In this document: positions 38,410 through 50,468 of the stretch, piece by piece
How positions within the stretch are numbered: the first letter of the stretch is position 1
Layout of the letters: each line of letters begins with the position of its first letter
Source: Selaginella moellendorffii
Lineage: Eukaryota; Plantae; Lycopodiophyta
Assembly: GCF_000143415.4 (NCBI RefSeq)
Contig: NW_003314296.1
Location: 973,645 to 1,037,644 of the forward strand
Length of the DNA: 64,000 bases
Reading direction: 5' to 3'
Translations under genes and position numbers: made by a program
The notes under the pieces: generated by a model
The model's input: only the letters and a program-made list of their open reading frames with translations
Database searches by the model: none
What the model was told of the DNA's origin: nothing

Positions 38410-40859
38410 ATCACAATCTTTTTGACTTGTACAGTACACTACTTAAGAATACATTACACTAAAGAATAACACTACCTGTGATCGAAATCCAAGCTCATCG
38501 CCAATGCTGCGGGCGAGATAGCTAGATTGTTACTGTGCTAGCGGTAGCGCAGCTTCCATCACCCAAGTAGTAAGATTGCAAAGCATTGTCACGGTGGAGC
38601 TTGATAATCCTCCCAAATGTCAATCAAAGACATGCTCAGAACTACTTATAAATCCATCTAAATGAAAATGAGGAAGAAGCAATTGTGCAAAACAGTCTCA
38701 CCTGAGATTCAGCCTGAAGTATTACAATGACAAGGAGTCAAGGTCATCAACAGTTCATGACTATAGTAAATATGTCATGGCACCCAGCTGAGATCCAAAT
38801 TAACCTCTGGCCCTGAGTTCTAGCTAAACCTCAATCACAGAGCATTGTGAGTTTTTTTCTATTGATGAAATGCCATCAAACTTTCCATCAAATGGCATGC
38901 AACTTGTTTGACTTGTAATAACAATAATTTGCTACCCCTTGCATGTAGGAATGCTTGATTTTTTTAATAATAGTGTTATTCTTACTTATTAATAAGCATG
39001 TTTGTAATTTATAAACACAAGATTAATCTTATTGCATATCAATCAGTAGATAATAAAATAAAAAAGAATATACTAGAAAGAGTTAAGAAATTTTATAAAT
39101 TATAAATACAAGATTAATCTAAATGAATAATAACCATTAGATAGTAGAATATCCTAAAATATCTAAGCATATTTTAGGTATATTCACTACCATCCCAATC
39201 CCTATATAGGTTTGTTTAAGCAAATAAAAAATCACCCAAAGTTTGATTTTGCATTAAGCAGCTCTTTGAAAAAGTGATATTCTTTTTTTTTTTATTAATG
39301 TTGGTTGTTCTCATTATTAATAAATATTATAAACTTAAGATTTTAATAAGTATATTTATTTTCTAAGTGTAAAGTTTGTAAATACATGTGTATATGCATA
39401 TATTACCCTAGCTAGGTAATACACTAATTATAATACTATAGTATATTGATTGTCCATTTGGGAAGTCCATCTATTATTGTATATAAGCAAGGGTCTAAAC
39501 CTTAATTAATATATATATTTCCATATCCTGAGCACTTACATTGGTGGAGATGAAGGGCATTGCAATTTGTCGTTAAAGGGCAAAACTTTTTGACAATACT
39601 TTGCTTTAGTATTCAGGATTGTGCTTTTTATTCATATTTCTTCTTTGAAATTTAAATTTATATTAACTTTTTGCAAGATTTAGAACTCTAGCCATCACTA
39701 TGTTTAGATTTATTTTTTCTTCTGATCTTCTTGCATTCTCTTCTCCTACCATGCAACGCTGTCATTGATCAAGGAGTATATCACTTGAAGTTATTAATGC
39801 TACTTCATTGGATCGAACTTTTGGTATTGTGAGGTGTGATTATGTTAATATTGCTCCAATTTGTAAGCGACTAAATTTTCCATTCTACTTTAGTCACTTA
39901 ACCACACCTTCAACCACTTGGAGGAGTTTCACTTACAACCTCCATAAATCATATTTTGGATTTAGGGACTTGTTAACCCCCCAAAAATGGCATCCATGCC
40001 ATTCAACCATTGCACTTGGTCCAAGTGCTCCATGTGTCCGATCCCATGACCAACACCCCAAGGTACCACCGATATATCAGCCCGTTACGCTAAGGCCATG
40101 CTCATTCACCTTGGTCACATTGGTGGTCTGACACCACCTACATTACAGTCCCATCTCTCAAAGACTAAGTCATCTGTGCATGAGTGATCATCCCAGATCC
40201 ACTCTTTAGCATCCTTAGGATGCCCACAGATATGGGGAATAGCCTTCCCCAACATCCCCTTTCTAGTCCCCACTAAGTCCCTTTTCTGCCCATGGCCGTG
40301 TTCGCCAACACTGCCACTGGATCAAGGCCCACAAGCCCGACCACTAAGTCCCACGGTCCTCTGGGACTTCCTCCTCACATGACTACATCCTTGGTCTCTA
40401 CACTATATGATGGCTCCTCTTCCTTTTCACAGTCTAGGACCTTGGGGCAACATTTTGGAACACCGTGGTCTTACGCAGACCTCCTGGGTACTCTCCCCAC
40501 CTTCTACCTTTGGGTGCTTTAGCCATGGGCTTGGAGCGAGGTTCCGTTGAGCCACACCAGGTATCCAAATAGGTAGTGCCACCCACACTTGGATTGGGAG
40601 CATCGGCCAATCGATCTCCCAAGGGAACTAAAGTTGGCTCTTGAACACTTCACCAAACTACCCCGCTTCTCGGTCCGTATTCACTCTAGTCTTGGACTTC
40701 CCAGTGGGCAGCTCATCACCCAACACTGGGTATAGCCTTCCTGGGCCAAACTAGCCTTTCCTGGCCAAACTGGCTCCATTGTAGTCCTCCCCCTTACTAT
40801 ACTTTTGGAGTTCACCAAACCCCCCAGGGTCTAGGAGATGAACGCTTTGGGCTTTCACC

Positions 40860-41300
40860 CTCTCAGACTCGAACTCGAACTCGGACTCAGACTCAAACTC
40901 GGACTCAGACTCGGGCTCGGACTTGGACTCGGCCTCGGCCTCGGCCTCGGTCTCGGTCTCGGCCTCGGCCTCGGTCTCGGTCTCAGTCTCGGTCTCGGTC
41001 CCGGTCTCGGTCCCGGTCTCGGTCTCGGTTTCAGACTCCATCTCGGGTCCTTCTCGGACTCCATCTCGGATTCCATCTCGGGTCCATCTCGGACTCCATC
41101 TCGGACTCCGTCTCGGTTCATCTTGGACTCCATCTTGGATCCATCTCGGACTCCATCTCAAACTCTGTCTCGGTCCATCTCAGACTCCATCTCAAACTCT
41201 GTCTCGGTCCATCTTAGACTCCATCTCAGACTCCATCTCGGACTCTGTCTCGGTCCATCTCAGACTCCATCTCGGACTCCATCTCAGGTCCATCTCGGAC
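40860..41300. repeat. Hexamer/12-mer tandem repeat (CTCGGA/CTCGGT/CTCCAT) within the element B LTR
   Basis: Direct inspection. Related arrays occur at 44170-44445, 50555-50800 and 52230-52430. Confidence 0.9.
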
Positions 41301-44085
41301 ACTTCCACGTGTCATGTGTTGGTCCTTTTGGGTCCCTTTTTAGGGCCTCATTTATTGCTCACTTCGTGCTCATTCCTCGAGCACTTTGTTGGGAGTTCCA
41401 TTCCCGCTCTCGACCTTTCAAGTTAGAGCTTTTAATCCAAACGTGTTACGCTCATTTGGTTTTTGCTTTGGCCACTACCACGAGGCGCCCTTCCGGCTCC
41501 ACTTTGGGGCCTAGGGATTTTGTGTCTTACAACTCCACCACCCATAGACAAAGTTCGATATCCTCATTGAACGGTAAACCCTTTTTATAAAGTAACACCC
41601 GCATGTATTACCATTTCCATCCTTGGCACCCAGCCAAAGTTTGTCTATGGTTTGACATTGAGGGCTCATTATGCTTTGTCCATCCTTTAAGGAGTATAGT
41701 CTCTCCAACTTATTGACTTATTTGACCACTTGTGGTGATTCTCTCCGTTTATTGGTTTAATCCTCGCTAAACCTTTTAGAGACACCGTCTCTATCTTAAT
41801 CCACTACTCCTTCTCAAGTAGTTTTAGTTTCCATCGATATAACCTTTGCACTTTGGAACTTTTACTTTTGACTTCTCAAAGTCAATTTCTTAGGTGTCTC
41901 CGACATTTTGCATTGCACATATTATGCAACTCCACTTCCCCATCCTAAGAAGTTCTCTACTTCAAAGCACCATCATCCTCTCTTCTATTTCATGCCACCT
42001 TAGGCACTAAGTTCTAGTTATTATACTTTGTGCTAGGGCTGTCTATGGCCCTATCATTTGGCTACCTTACCGTTCCCTCCCTTGGAGTTTCCACTTTCAC
42101 CAAATCGGAGCAATTGGGAATCCATCTTTAAAAATACATTGTCTTTCCCATAATTCGTTAGCACCTAACACATTAGTGTTCTTGGCCTAATTTTGTCTTT
42201 TGGATTCTTTCCCATTATTCTCATGGCTCTTTTCTTAGCCACTAGTCTTTTGCTCCTATCCTTGATTGTTACACCTAGCAACATCGGATCGCTACCTCCA
42301 TTCTCGAGATATCCCTTCGGTTCTATAGTAAGGACTTTGTTTTGCTAAGTCCAGAGGGTGTTCACCCCTAGTAAGTTTCTTTAGCATTTTCTGCTGTGGG
42401 TTCTATCCCTAGCCCAACTTTGTGACCCCCCCCATGGGTCTCTTATAAAGATTACTTTCTTTGGACTCACTATGCTATCGCATTGCCACAGATCATTTCC
42501 ATTAGGTGTTCTTCCCACTTGGTCACTTTGACCAAGCCACACCATCATCAATAGTTCAATTCAACACTTTGAACTAGGAACCTTATCCGTTAACCTTACA
42601 AGGACCTTGTCCTTGTTTTAGCTATAAGATCACCTAGTGATCACATGTTAGCACCTTAATAAGTTTGCCAATAGGTACTAATTCTTTAAGACCTTTAAGT
42701 TGTTCACCATGACCCCGGGGGCATCCCCCATACTTGGTGGTGCACCCAAGCCAGCCCTTCCAGCTAAGGGTCTATAGCAACTAAGACTGGGTGTCCCCAT
42801 CTCATTCACCACGTCCTTGGTGCCACTCGCACCAAAGTGGTCAAGTTAGATATGCCAAGCCACACTAAGCAATCTAACCATGCATCACGACTCCGAGGCA
42901 TCCCTTGTTTGGCGGTGTGCCCAAGCCAGTCTCCTCACTGAGAGTCCATGACCACCGAAAAATGAGTGTCCTCATATTCCAAACCATCACCATGCCCTAG
43001 TGATTTGGGACTCGAACCCAAGCACTAGAGGGTCGAGACTCGAACCCAACCTCCGTATATGCATCTATGGATGGCATCGCACAGGATGCCTGGCGTGACT
43101 CCCTACGCTGGTGCACCAACATGTACTTAAAGTGTGTTATAGATCACAGCTTAGGAACCTAGTTCCTCTGCATTGCCAAGTCCTGTCACTTGACAAGTCT
43201 GTGATCATGTATGGACTCCTCCATGCTCCGCCCCATGGGCCACCCCTTTTGAAGTCAGCACTTTCAACTAAGGGATTTGTTCCCCTGACTCACCAATCTC
43301 ACTTAGCAAGTCATTTGGCCACTGTAACATGGTTCATTCATAAGCGTGAAAGTCTTTAACCATCAACTTTCGTTCAAAGCCCTCTCTTTGAACACTCGGG
43401 AACTACTTCCCCAACCTTGATAGCCTCGCCTCATAACCAGCTTCAAGACCACACTTCTGCTGCGCCACTTTGATTTCGCACGCTCTAAGAACCATTTACA
43501 CTTGGCTTTCTAGGTACTTATTTACCTAGAATTATCTTCGGGAACCTTCAAGGAACTCTATTCCTTAGCTTGCTAGGGTTTTTCCTTCGTAAGCTCCCTA
43601 CTCACCATATGGTTTAACATGGATAATTCTACATTTTAGACTCTTCATAACATCGCAATTGCTAGTAACAACATCCTTGAGCACCCTCTTGATTCTCCAT
43701 TCCCAACTTGCATAACCACTGTTGGTTATGCTCTTCGATTTCTATGGTTCAGTTCCATCCCAATATTTCTTGCCTTTTGGCCTCATATGTTTCCTTTGGT
43801 TATTCTCCTCCAGACTAGGAGGATAGCTTTACACCTTCAGCTAGTATTCATAAGGATGAACCTACCTAATAGCTTAGGGAGTGGTTCCTCAATTTGGGCA
43901 TGCTCACCTTATAATCCCACACACCGGGATTACTGTTGCTACTTATGGGCCTTTATATGCCCATCACCAGTCTTGCCAAAATCCCATTTTTAGCTTTGTC
44001 CAAATCGAGTAGACAGATTTCTTCTATCTCCAGAACCTTGGACATTTGGATAGCACCTCCTATCCATCATTCGCTAGGGACTCAG

Positions 44086-45234
44086 TGTAAGGAACCAACT
44101 CGCCGAGGTGTCGTAGGCTAAAGGAACCCCGAAAGAATGACCAAAGTGACAAAGAGTTCATCGGATGGGACCAAGTCGAAGATCGAGTCCAAGACCGACT
44201 CTAGGACCGAGTTCGAGATAGAGTCCGGAATCGAGTCCAAGACCGACTTGGGGACCGAGTTCGAGTCCGAGTTCGAGACCGAGTTCGAGACGGAGTCCGA
44301 GATCCGAAATCGGGTCCGAGACCGAGTCCGAGGTCGAGTCCGAGGTCGGGTCCAAGATCGGGTCCGAGATCGAGTCCGAGATCGAGTCCGAGACCGAATC
44401 CGAAGTTGGATCCGAAATCGGGTCCGAGATCGAGCCAGAGACTAAGTCCAAATACTAATACGGGTCAAGGGGTGAAAGCCCAAAGCGTGCGTCTCCCAGG
44501 GGGGGGGGGGCTGCAGGGGGTTCCCAAAGTACAGTAGGGATAGTGAGGTCCAAGAACTAGTTTAGAAGGGACTCTCCAGTGGGGCTCCTAAACTGACTTG
44601 AGGTTGGGACTGGGACCGAGGGGCCTTGGGTGGGAGTGAGCATGGACTTGGTTGGTGCCGGAGGGGCCATCCAAGGAAGTGCTCAAGAGCAGCTCCCACT
44701 CCCGAAAGGGAAATTGATTGCGGTGCTCCCGGCTCGTGTGGAGTGGTGCCCCACTTGAGTACCATGTGGCTCATTGGTCCTCACCCTTCCTAGGGGCTTG
44801 GGCCTTCCTTCGGGATGGAAGTGGGGGGCGAGAGGTACCCATACTGGGCCGATAGGCCACAGTGTTTCTCCCCGGCGTCCCGAAGCAAGTGTTGCACTCA
44901 AGACTTGGGATTTAGAGGGTCCCATGATCAAGTCTTGTGGTACCAAAGGATGTTAGGAACCTGGAAGCTTGGTGTGCTTGGCTGCTTGTGCTTGCGGGGA
45001 GTGTAGCCGAACCTTAAGTCCAGTCTAACCCGGGGAGGGGGATTGGGAGTGATTTGGGAATCCGTGGATGGATGGCTAACACTCCATTGCTCGTGCAGTG
45101 TGTAGCTGAGACCAAGTAGGAGCTGGTACCATAGGCGAGAACCTTGGCAAGGGAACTTAGCAAAAGCCAAGGTGGTGTTGGACGGATAGACGAGGTAAGC
45201 TGGCAAATTGGAAAGGAAAAATTTGTGGCTTACA
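44086..45234 (+). repeat. 5' LTR of element C (1149 nt)
   Basis: By-eye comparison with the 3' LTR gives about 33 substitutions (mostly transitions), two 12-nt repeat-unit indels and one poly-G indel. Confidence 0.95.
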
Positions 45235-48200
45235 ATTTGGTATCGGAGCCTTTATCTCAGTTCTAGCGAAGGATAGAGGCGGATTGCTAGGAGATGGCAA
45301 GGGCAGGGCGTAAGCGAACCCAGGCGGAGACGGAACCTCCGCCGGAGCTGGAGCCTCCTGTCGAACAAGAGGCTATGGATGAGGAATCCTTGCATGAGGA
45401 GGACTCTAGTGAGGAAACTTCCAAACAGGAGTCCGGTGGCGAGGTTCGGTCGTCCAAGGCTCGATTGGACGTGCTAGAAGGACAGTTGGCACAGACCAAT
45501 GCCCTGCTGGAAACTCTCGTACGCAAGCTAAAGCGTGACGAGAGGCGGAAGAAAAAGAAAAAGACTGCGGATGCTGGCAGCGCAGAAGGTGCGGATCTTT
45601 CGGCCGGGACTGAGGCAAAACCAGACAAGGTCGAACAGACCGAAGTAGAATCAGTCCCTCAGGCAGTTCCCAAGTACAAACCAAAGCCCCCACCGGTCTT
45701 CAAGGGAGTGAACGACTATAAAGTGGTGGAGGATTGGTTTTACGATATGGAGGACTACTTCCGAGCGTTGCGATTACCAAGCTCGGAGAAGGTCCCATGT
45801 GCAAAACATACTTGGCAGATAATGCCAAGTCTTGGTGGAGAACGACAGAGGCCAACGAAGGACCAGTGGCCACTTGGGACATGATGAAGGCGAGGATCCG
45901 CGCAACATACGTTCCTCCGAATGCCACTCTGCATCTGAGAGATGAGCTGAGTAGGCTGAAGCAGACTGGAACCATCCAGGAATATGTGAATGGGTTCATG
46001 GCAAAGAAGATACTTGTCACGGACATGGGGGATATGGATGCGTTCCATGCCTTCATATCAGGTTTGCAAACCTGGGCTCGCAGTGAGGTGATGCGGTGGA
46101 ACCCGACCAACTACAAGGAAGCGTTGGATGCGGCCATCAAGGTGCATTTCAACGATAACCTGCGAAAGGGGAACACGACGGGGTCGGGATCCACATTTAG
46201 CAAAGGGGCCAAACCAAGGGGAACGTATAGCAAGGGGAAATTCAAAAAGAGTTTCTCTAAGAATGAGTCCTCGGGGTTCCGGAAAGGCAAATCCGGTGGC
46301 CAGCGAGCGAGTACGTGGGGGAGTCAAGCGAAAAAAGACAAACCCACGGATAAAAAGGTCAAGTCGTATAGCAGCGTGGGAAACAACGTATGCTACAACT
46401 GCGGCGAAGCGGGACACTTCTCGAGGGAATGTCCCTACCCGAAGAAGGCCAGAGCCAATATGGCCATCAAGTCGGGTGAAGTCCAAACTGAGGTATGTGA
46501 TTCAGTCCCTAACTCAAAGTTACTCATTACACGAGCAACTTTGGTAGAGAGTCGTTCGCGACATCTACTAGCCCTCCGAGGGAAGCTCGAAGGTAACTTT
46601 GTTAAGATCCTTATTGACACGGGTGCTTCGGATAATTTTGTGGCTGCAGACATAGTCCGGCAAGCCGGACTAACGGTGCAGCGGCTAGGCGAACCAAGGA
46701 CTATAGATTTTGTTCAGGGTAGCCAAAGCACCGATGAGGTACTTTGACAAGCGAGAGTCGAAGTGGGGACATGGAAAGTGGACATGGATTTCACCATCTT
46801 GGACATGGCGGGATTTGACGTGATCTTCGGAATGGATTGGTTTAATCGGTTCGTGGTAGCCCTGCATGGGCAAGGTAGGAACCTTGTGGTATTGGCGAAT
46901 GCCCAAGGAAGAAGATCTAGGGTGGAGGCCCAGGATCTAAAGGTAGGGCAAAGCAAGGCCAAAGAGTCATGCTTAAACCTGGTGTCCACGAGAGGACAAC
47001 TCACTAAAGGAACTAAAGCAGCCTTTTTGTGCTTACTCTCGGTGAAGAGTGACAAAAAGACAAGAACGGAAGAAGTACCTTTAGTGATCCAGCAGGTGCT
47101 GGACCAATTCCAGGATACCATGCCGGAGGAGCTACCGGCGGGGTTGCCCCCCGCACGACCGATAGAACATAAGATTGAGCTGGTCGAGGGTGCTGAGGCG
47201 GTGGTTCATCCACCCTATCGATTGAAAGAAAAAGAACTCAAGGAGCTCAAGAGCCAACTAAAGGAGTTGGTGGACAAAGGGTATGTTAGGTTGAGCAAGT
47301 CGCAGTATGGGGCGCCGGTGCTATTTGTGAAAAAGAAAGATGGATCTATGCGCATGTGCATAGACTACCGGTTGCTCAACAAGTATACCAAGAAGAACAA
47401 GTACCCTTTGCCAAGGATCGAGGACCTGTTCGATAGGTTGGGAAAGGCAAAATACTTCTCGAGGATTGACCTAAGGTCAGGATACTACCAGATCAGGGTA
47501 GCTGAGGAAGATGTCGAGAAGACAACCTGTCGAACGAGGTATGGGAGCTTTGAGTTTCTGGTGATGCCCTTTGGGCTGTGCAATGCGCCGGCAACGTTTT
47601 CGGCATTGATGAACCACATCTTTGTACCCTATCTGGATCACTTCGTGGTCGTCTATATCGACGATATCCTGATCTATAGCGAGACGCTAGAGGAGCATGC
47701 CGAACACTTGGCGAAGGTGTTTGAGAAACTAAGGGAACACAAACTGTATGCTAAAGAGAGCAAATGTGACTTTGCTCAACAAGAGGTAAAGTTTCTCGGG
47801 CATGTAGTGGGTCAGGACGGGCTCAAGGTGGACCCGGAGAAGGTCCAAGCGATCTAGGAATGGGAGCGGCCTTCGAATGTACATGAGTTGAGGGCGTTCT
47901 TGGGGCTATGCAACTACTATCGAAAGTTTATCAGACACTATTCGAGAGTAGCCCTACCCTTAACGGACCAAACAGGAAAAGGGAAGATGGTTTGGACAGC
48001 GGAATGCGAGGTGGCATTCGTCCACCTCAAAGGGAAGTTGAGGAAGGCTCCGGTGTTGGCATTACCAGATTTTGGTAAGGACTTTGAGGTAGACACGGAT
48101 GCTTCAAACTTTGCGTTGGGCGCAGTTTTGAAGCAAGACAACCATCCAATAGCGTTTTTCTCAAAGAAGTTGGACAAGGCTCAAAGGAAGTGGCCTGCCC

Positions 48201-49166
48201 ACGAGAAGGAATTGTTTGCGGTGGTCAAGGCGCTCAAGGAGTGGCGACACTACCTTGGGAGACACTTCAAGGTTTACACGGACAATGTGGCAACGAAACA
48301 CTTCTTGTCACAGCCCGACCTAAGAGGGAAACAAGGTTGGTGGGCCAATGCCTTGGCCAAGTTTGATTGCGAGATTCTGTACAAGCCTGGGAAGAGCAAC
48401 ATCGTGGCAGATGCGCTAAGTTGAAAAGCGAGCTTGAGGTTGGCGATATCCAGCGCAACAGCAACCTTCTGGGACGATGTGCGGACAGCATATGAGAACG
48501 ATGGTCTAGCACAAGAAGTGTTGTTGAGGAATCTAGAGGCGCGGGAAGCTCACCAGAGAGGTGAGCTGCTAACGGAAGAGAAAACGGGCTATGCGGAACG
48601 CAACGGACTCATTTATTACAAGCAAACGAGGGTATATGTTCCAGAAGGGGGACTAAGGAAGGTAGCCTTAGAAGAGTGTCATGACGGACCTCTTGCGGGA
48701 CACGGCGGAGTGCCCAAGACGATGGGCTTACTCAAGAGGAAGTACCATTGGCCAGATATGGCTAAGGACGTCCAAGACTATGTAAAGACATGTCCAACAT
48801 GTCAGCAAGTCAAAGCCGTGACTAAGGCTAGTGGGGGTTTGTTGCAAAGTATCCCAATTCCAGATCGTCCGTGGAAATGTCTTACGATGGACTTCATCAC
48901 GGGACTACCCCCAAGCGAGGGGTTCGATGCGATATTCGTGGTGGTGGATCGATTTTCGAAGATGGCACATTTCATACCCACCACAACGAAAGTGGATGCG
49001 GAAGGTGTGGCGAAGCTGTTCTTTGAACAAGTGGTTCGAGTGCGGGGAAGGCCAGAAGAGATTATCTCAGATCGAGATAAGATCTTCACTAGTAGGTTCT
49101 GGAGGACCCTCCTGGAACAGTATCGCACCAAGTTGAAATTCAGCACAGCCTATCACCCACAGACAG

Positions 49167-49213
49167 GTATGGGGTATTAAGTCAAGTTTGGTGGTCCTAA
49201 CACTTCTTGACAG
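49167..49213 (+). other. GT-AG intron (47 nt) in the integrase catalytic core
   Basis: ACAG|GTATGG...CTAAC..TTGACAG|AC; removal restores YHPQTDGQTERVN. Confidence 0.85.
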
Positions 49214-49631
49214 ACGGACAAACGGAAAGGGTGAATAGGTAGCTGGAGGATTATTTGCGATGCTATGTCTCGGGAGACCAGACCGATTGGGTAAGTCATT
49301 TGGGACTTGCGGAAATATGTTATAACAACTCACCACATTCAAGTATCGGGGTGAGTCCATGGGAAGTCATCAATGGGCGAGCTATTGAAGGTCCTGTGGA
49401 ACTCGGCGTGGCCGAGTATCATGGAGAGTTACCCGCAGTGGAGGCATTCACGGCGGAGAGACTCAACATTTGGAATCTAGTGAGGGATTCCTTGGAAAGG
49501 GCTCAACAAAGGCAAACCAAGTACGCGAACCTAAAGCGCCGGGATGTAGAGTTCCAAGCTGGGGAGAAGGTGTGGCTGAACACCAAGAACCTCAGGCTAC
49601 CAAGTGGGATCAGCCGAAAGTTGACCCAAAG

Positions 49632-49683
49632 GTAAAAATGCATGTATTCCTGTAAATGAATTGATCTTGAGTTCCTTAAGCAG
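49632..49683 (+). other. GT-AG intron (52 nt) in the integrase GPY/F module
   Basis: CAAAG|GTAAAA...TTGAT..TTAAGCAG|G; removal restores KLTQRFAGPY and the frame into the chromodomain. Confidence 0.85.
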
Positions 49684-50468
49684 GTTCGCGGGGCCTTACG
49701 AGATTGAGGCACGAATCGGTAAAGTGGCTTACCGACTCCGACTTCCTCGAGAGATGGGGAAGATGCACCCAGTGTTCCATGTGAACTTACTCAAGACGTA
49801 CTTTGAGGATCCGCTTCGCAAGGACCAAGTAAAACCTTTACCTGAGGTTATCCAAGGGGAAGAGGAATACGAAGTCAAGGCTATCCTCAATGCGCGCAAG
49901 AGCAAGCGACAAGGACGCGAGGTGAGAGAGTTCCATGTGAAGTGGAAAGGATTTCCACACTGCGAAGCAACATGGGAACCGGAGGAGAACCTAGCGAACG
50001 CGCGAGATCTAGTGGAGGAATTTCTGTAAAGCAAAACTCTATGTACTTATGCAAAGTTCAATTAAAAATATATATTTGCAAAGTTGAGCAAGTGGCATAT
50101 GTTGGGACCCGAAGGCGCGCCGAAGGTGAGCTAATTAGCATGGGTTAGCTAGGTCGACCCGGCGTAGGGAGCTACGCCCGACTCCCTGCGGGGATGTCGA
50201 ATCCGTAGACGTATTCTACGGAGGTTGGGTTCGAGTCCCAACCCCCTAGTAAAGCAAGGCTGGGTTCAAGTCCCGACCCCATACTAGGGCGTGGTGAGGG
50301 GAGGAGTATAGGGACACCTATATTCCGTTGTCATGGGCTCTTGGCCGGGGAGGCTAACTTAGGCATACCGCTAAGTGGGGGGATGCCCCCGGAGATATGG
50401 TCAACAAGTCATAGGATAAAACGAGACGTTCGATGTGGGCATCGAACTTCTTCTATGGGTGGTGGAGT

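Larger units (their letters stand above)
45294..50029 (+). pseudogene. Chromovirus gag-pol (Gag, CCHC knuckle, PR, RT, RNase H, INT, chromodomain); intron-containing and inactivated
   Basis: [70 protein letters not shown]. One frameshift (~45805), stops at 46745, 47855, 48422 and 49240, and introns at 49167-49213 and 49632-49683. Confidence 0.92.

Noticed and set aside
37381-38439. 352-aa minus-strand ORF
   Set aside because: Antisense to the EF-hand gene, crosses its introns, and shows no recognisable domain.
40751-41590. ORFs rich in ET, RP, LG or SV dipeptides (also 44137-44451, 50501-50810, 52182-52500)
   Set aside because: Translations of LTR hexamer repeats in multiple frames; not real proteins.
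46745-48424. Programmed stop read-through in pol
   Set aside because: The stops are explained by single substitutions, mostly C-to-T (e.g. CGA>TGA in ADALSR), consistent with post-insertion decay.
50026-50150. Possible further intron after the chromodomain
   Set aside because: The protein ends normally (LVEEFL*) and there is no convincing acceptor or conserved downstream frame.
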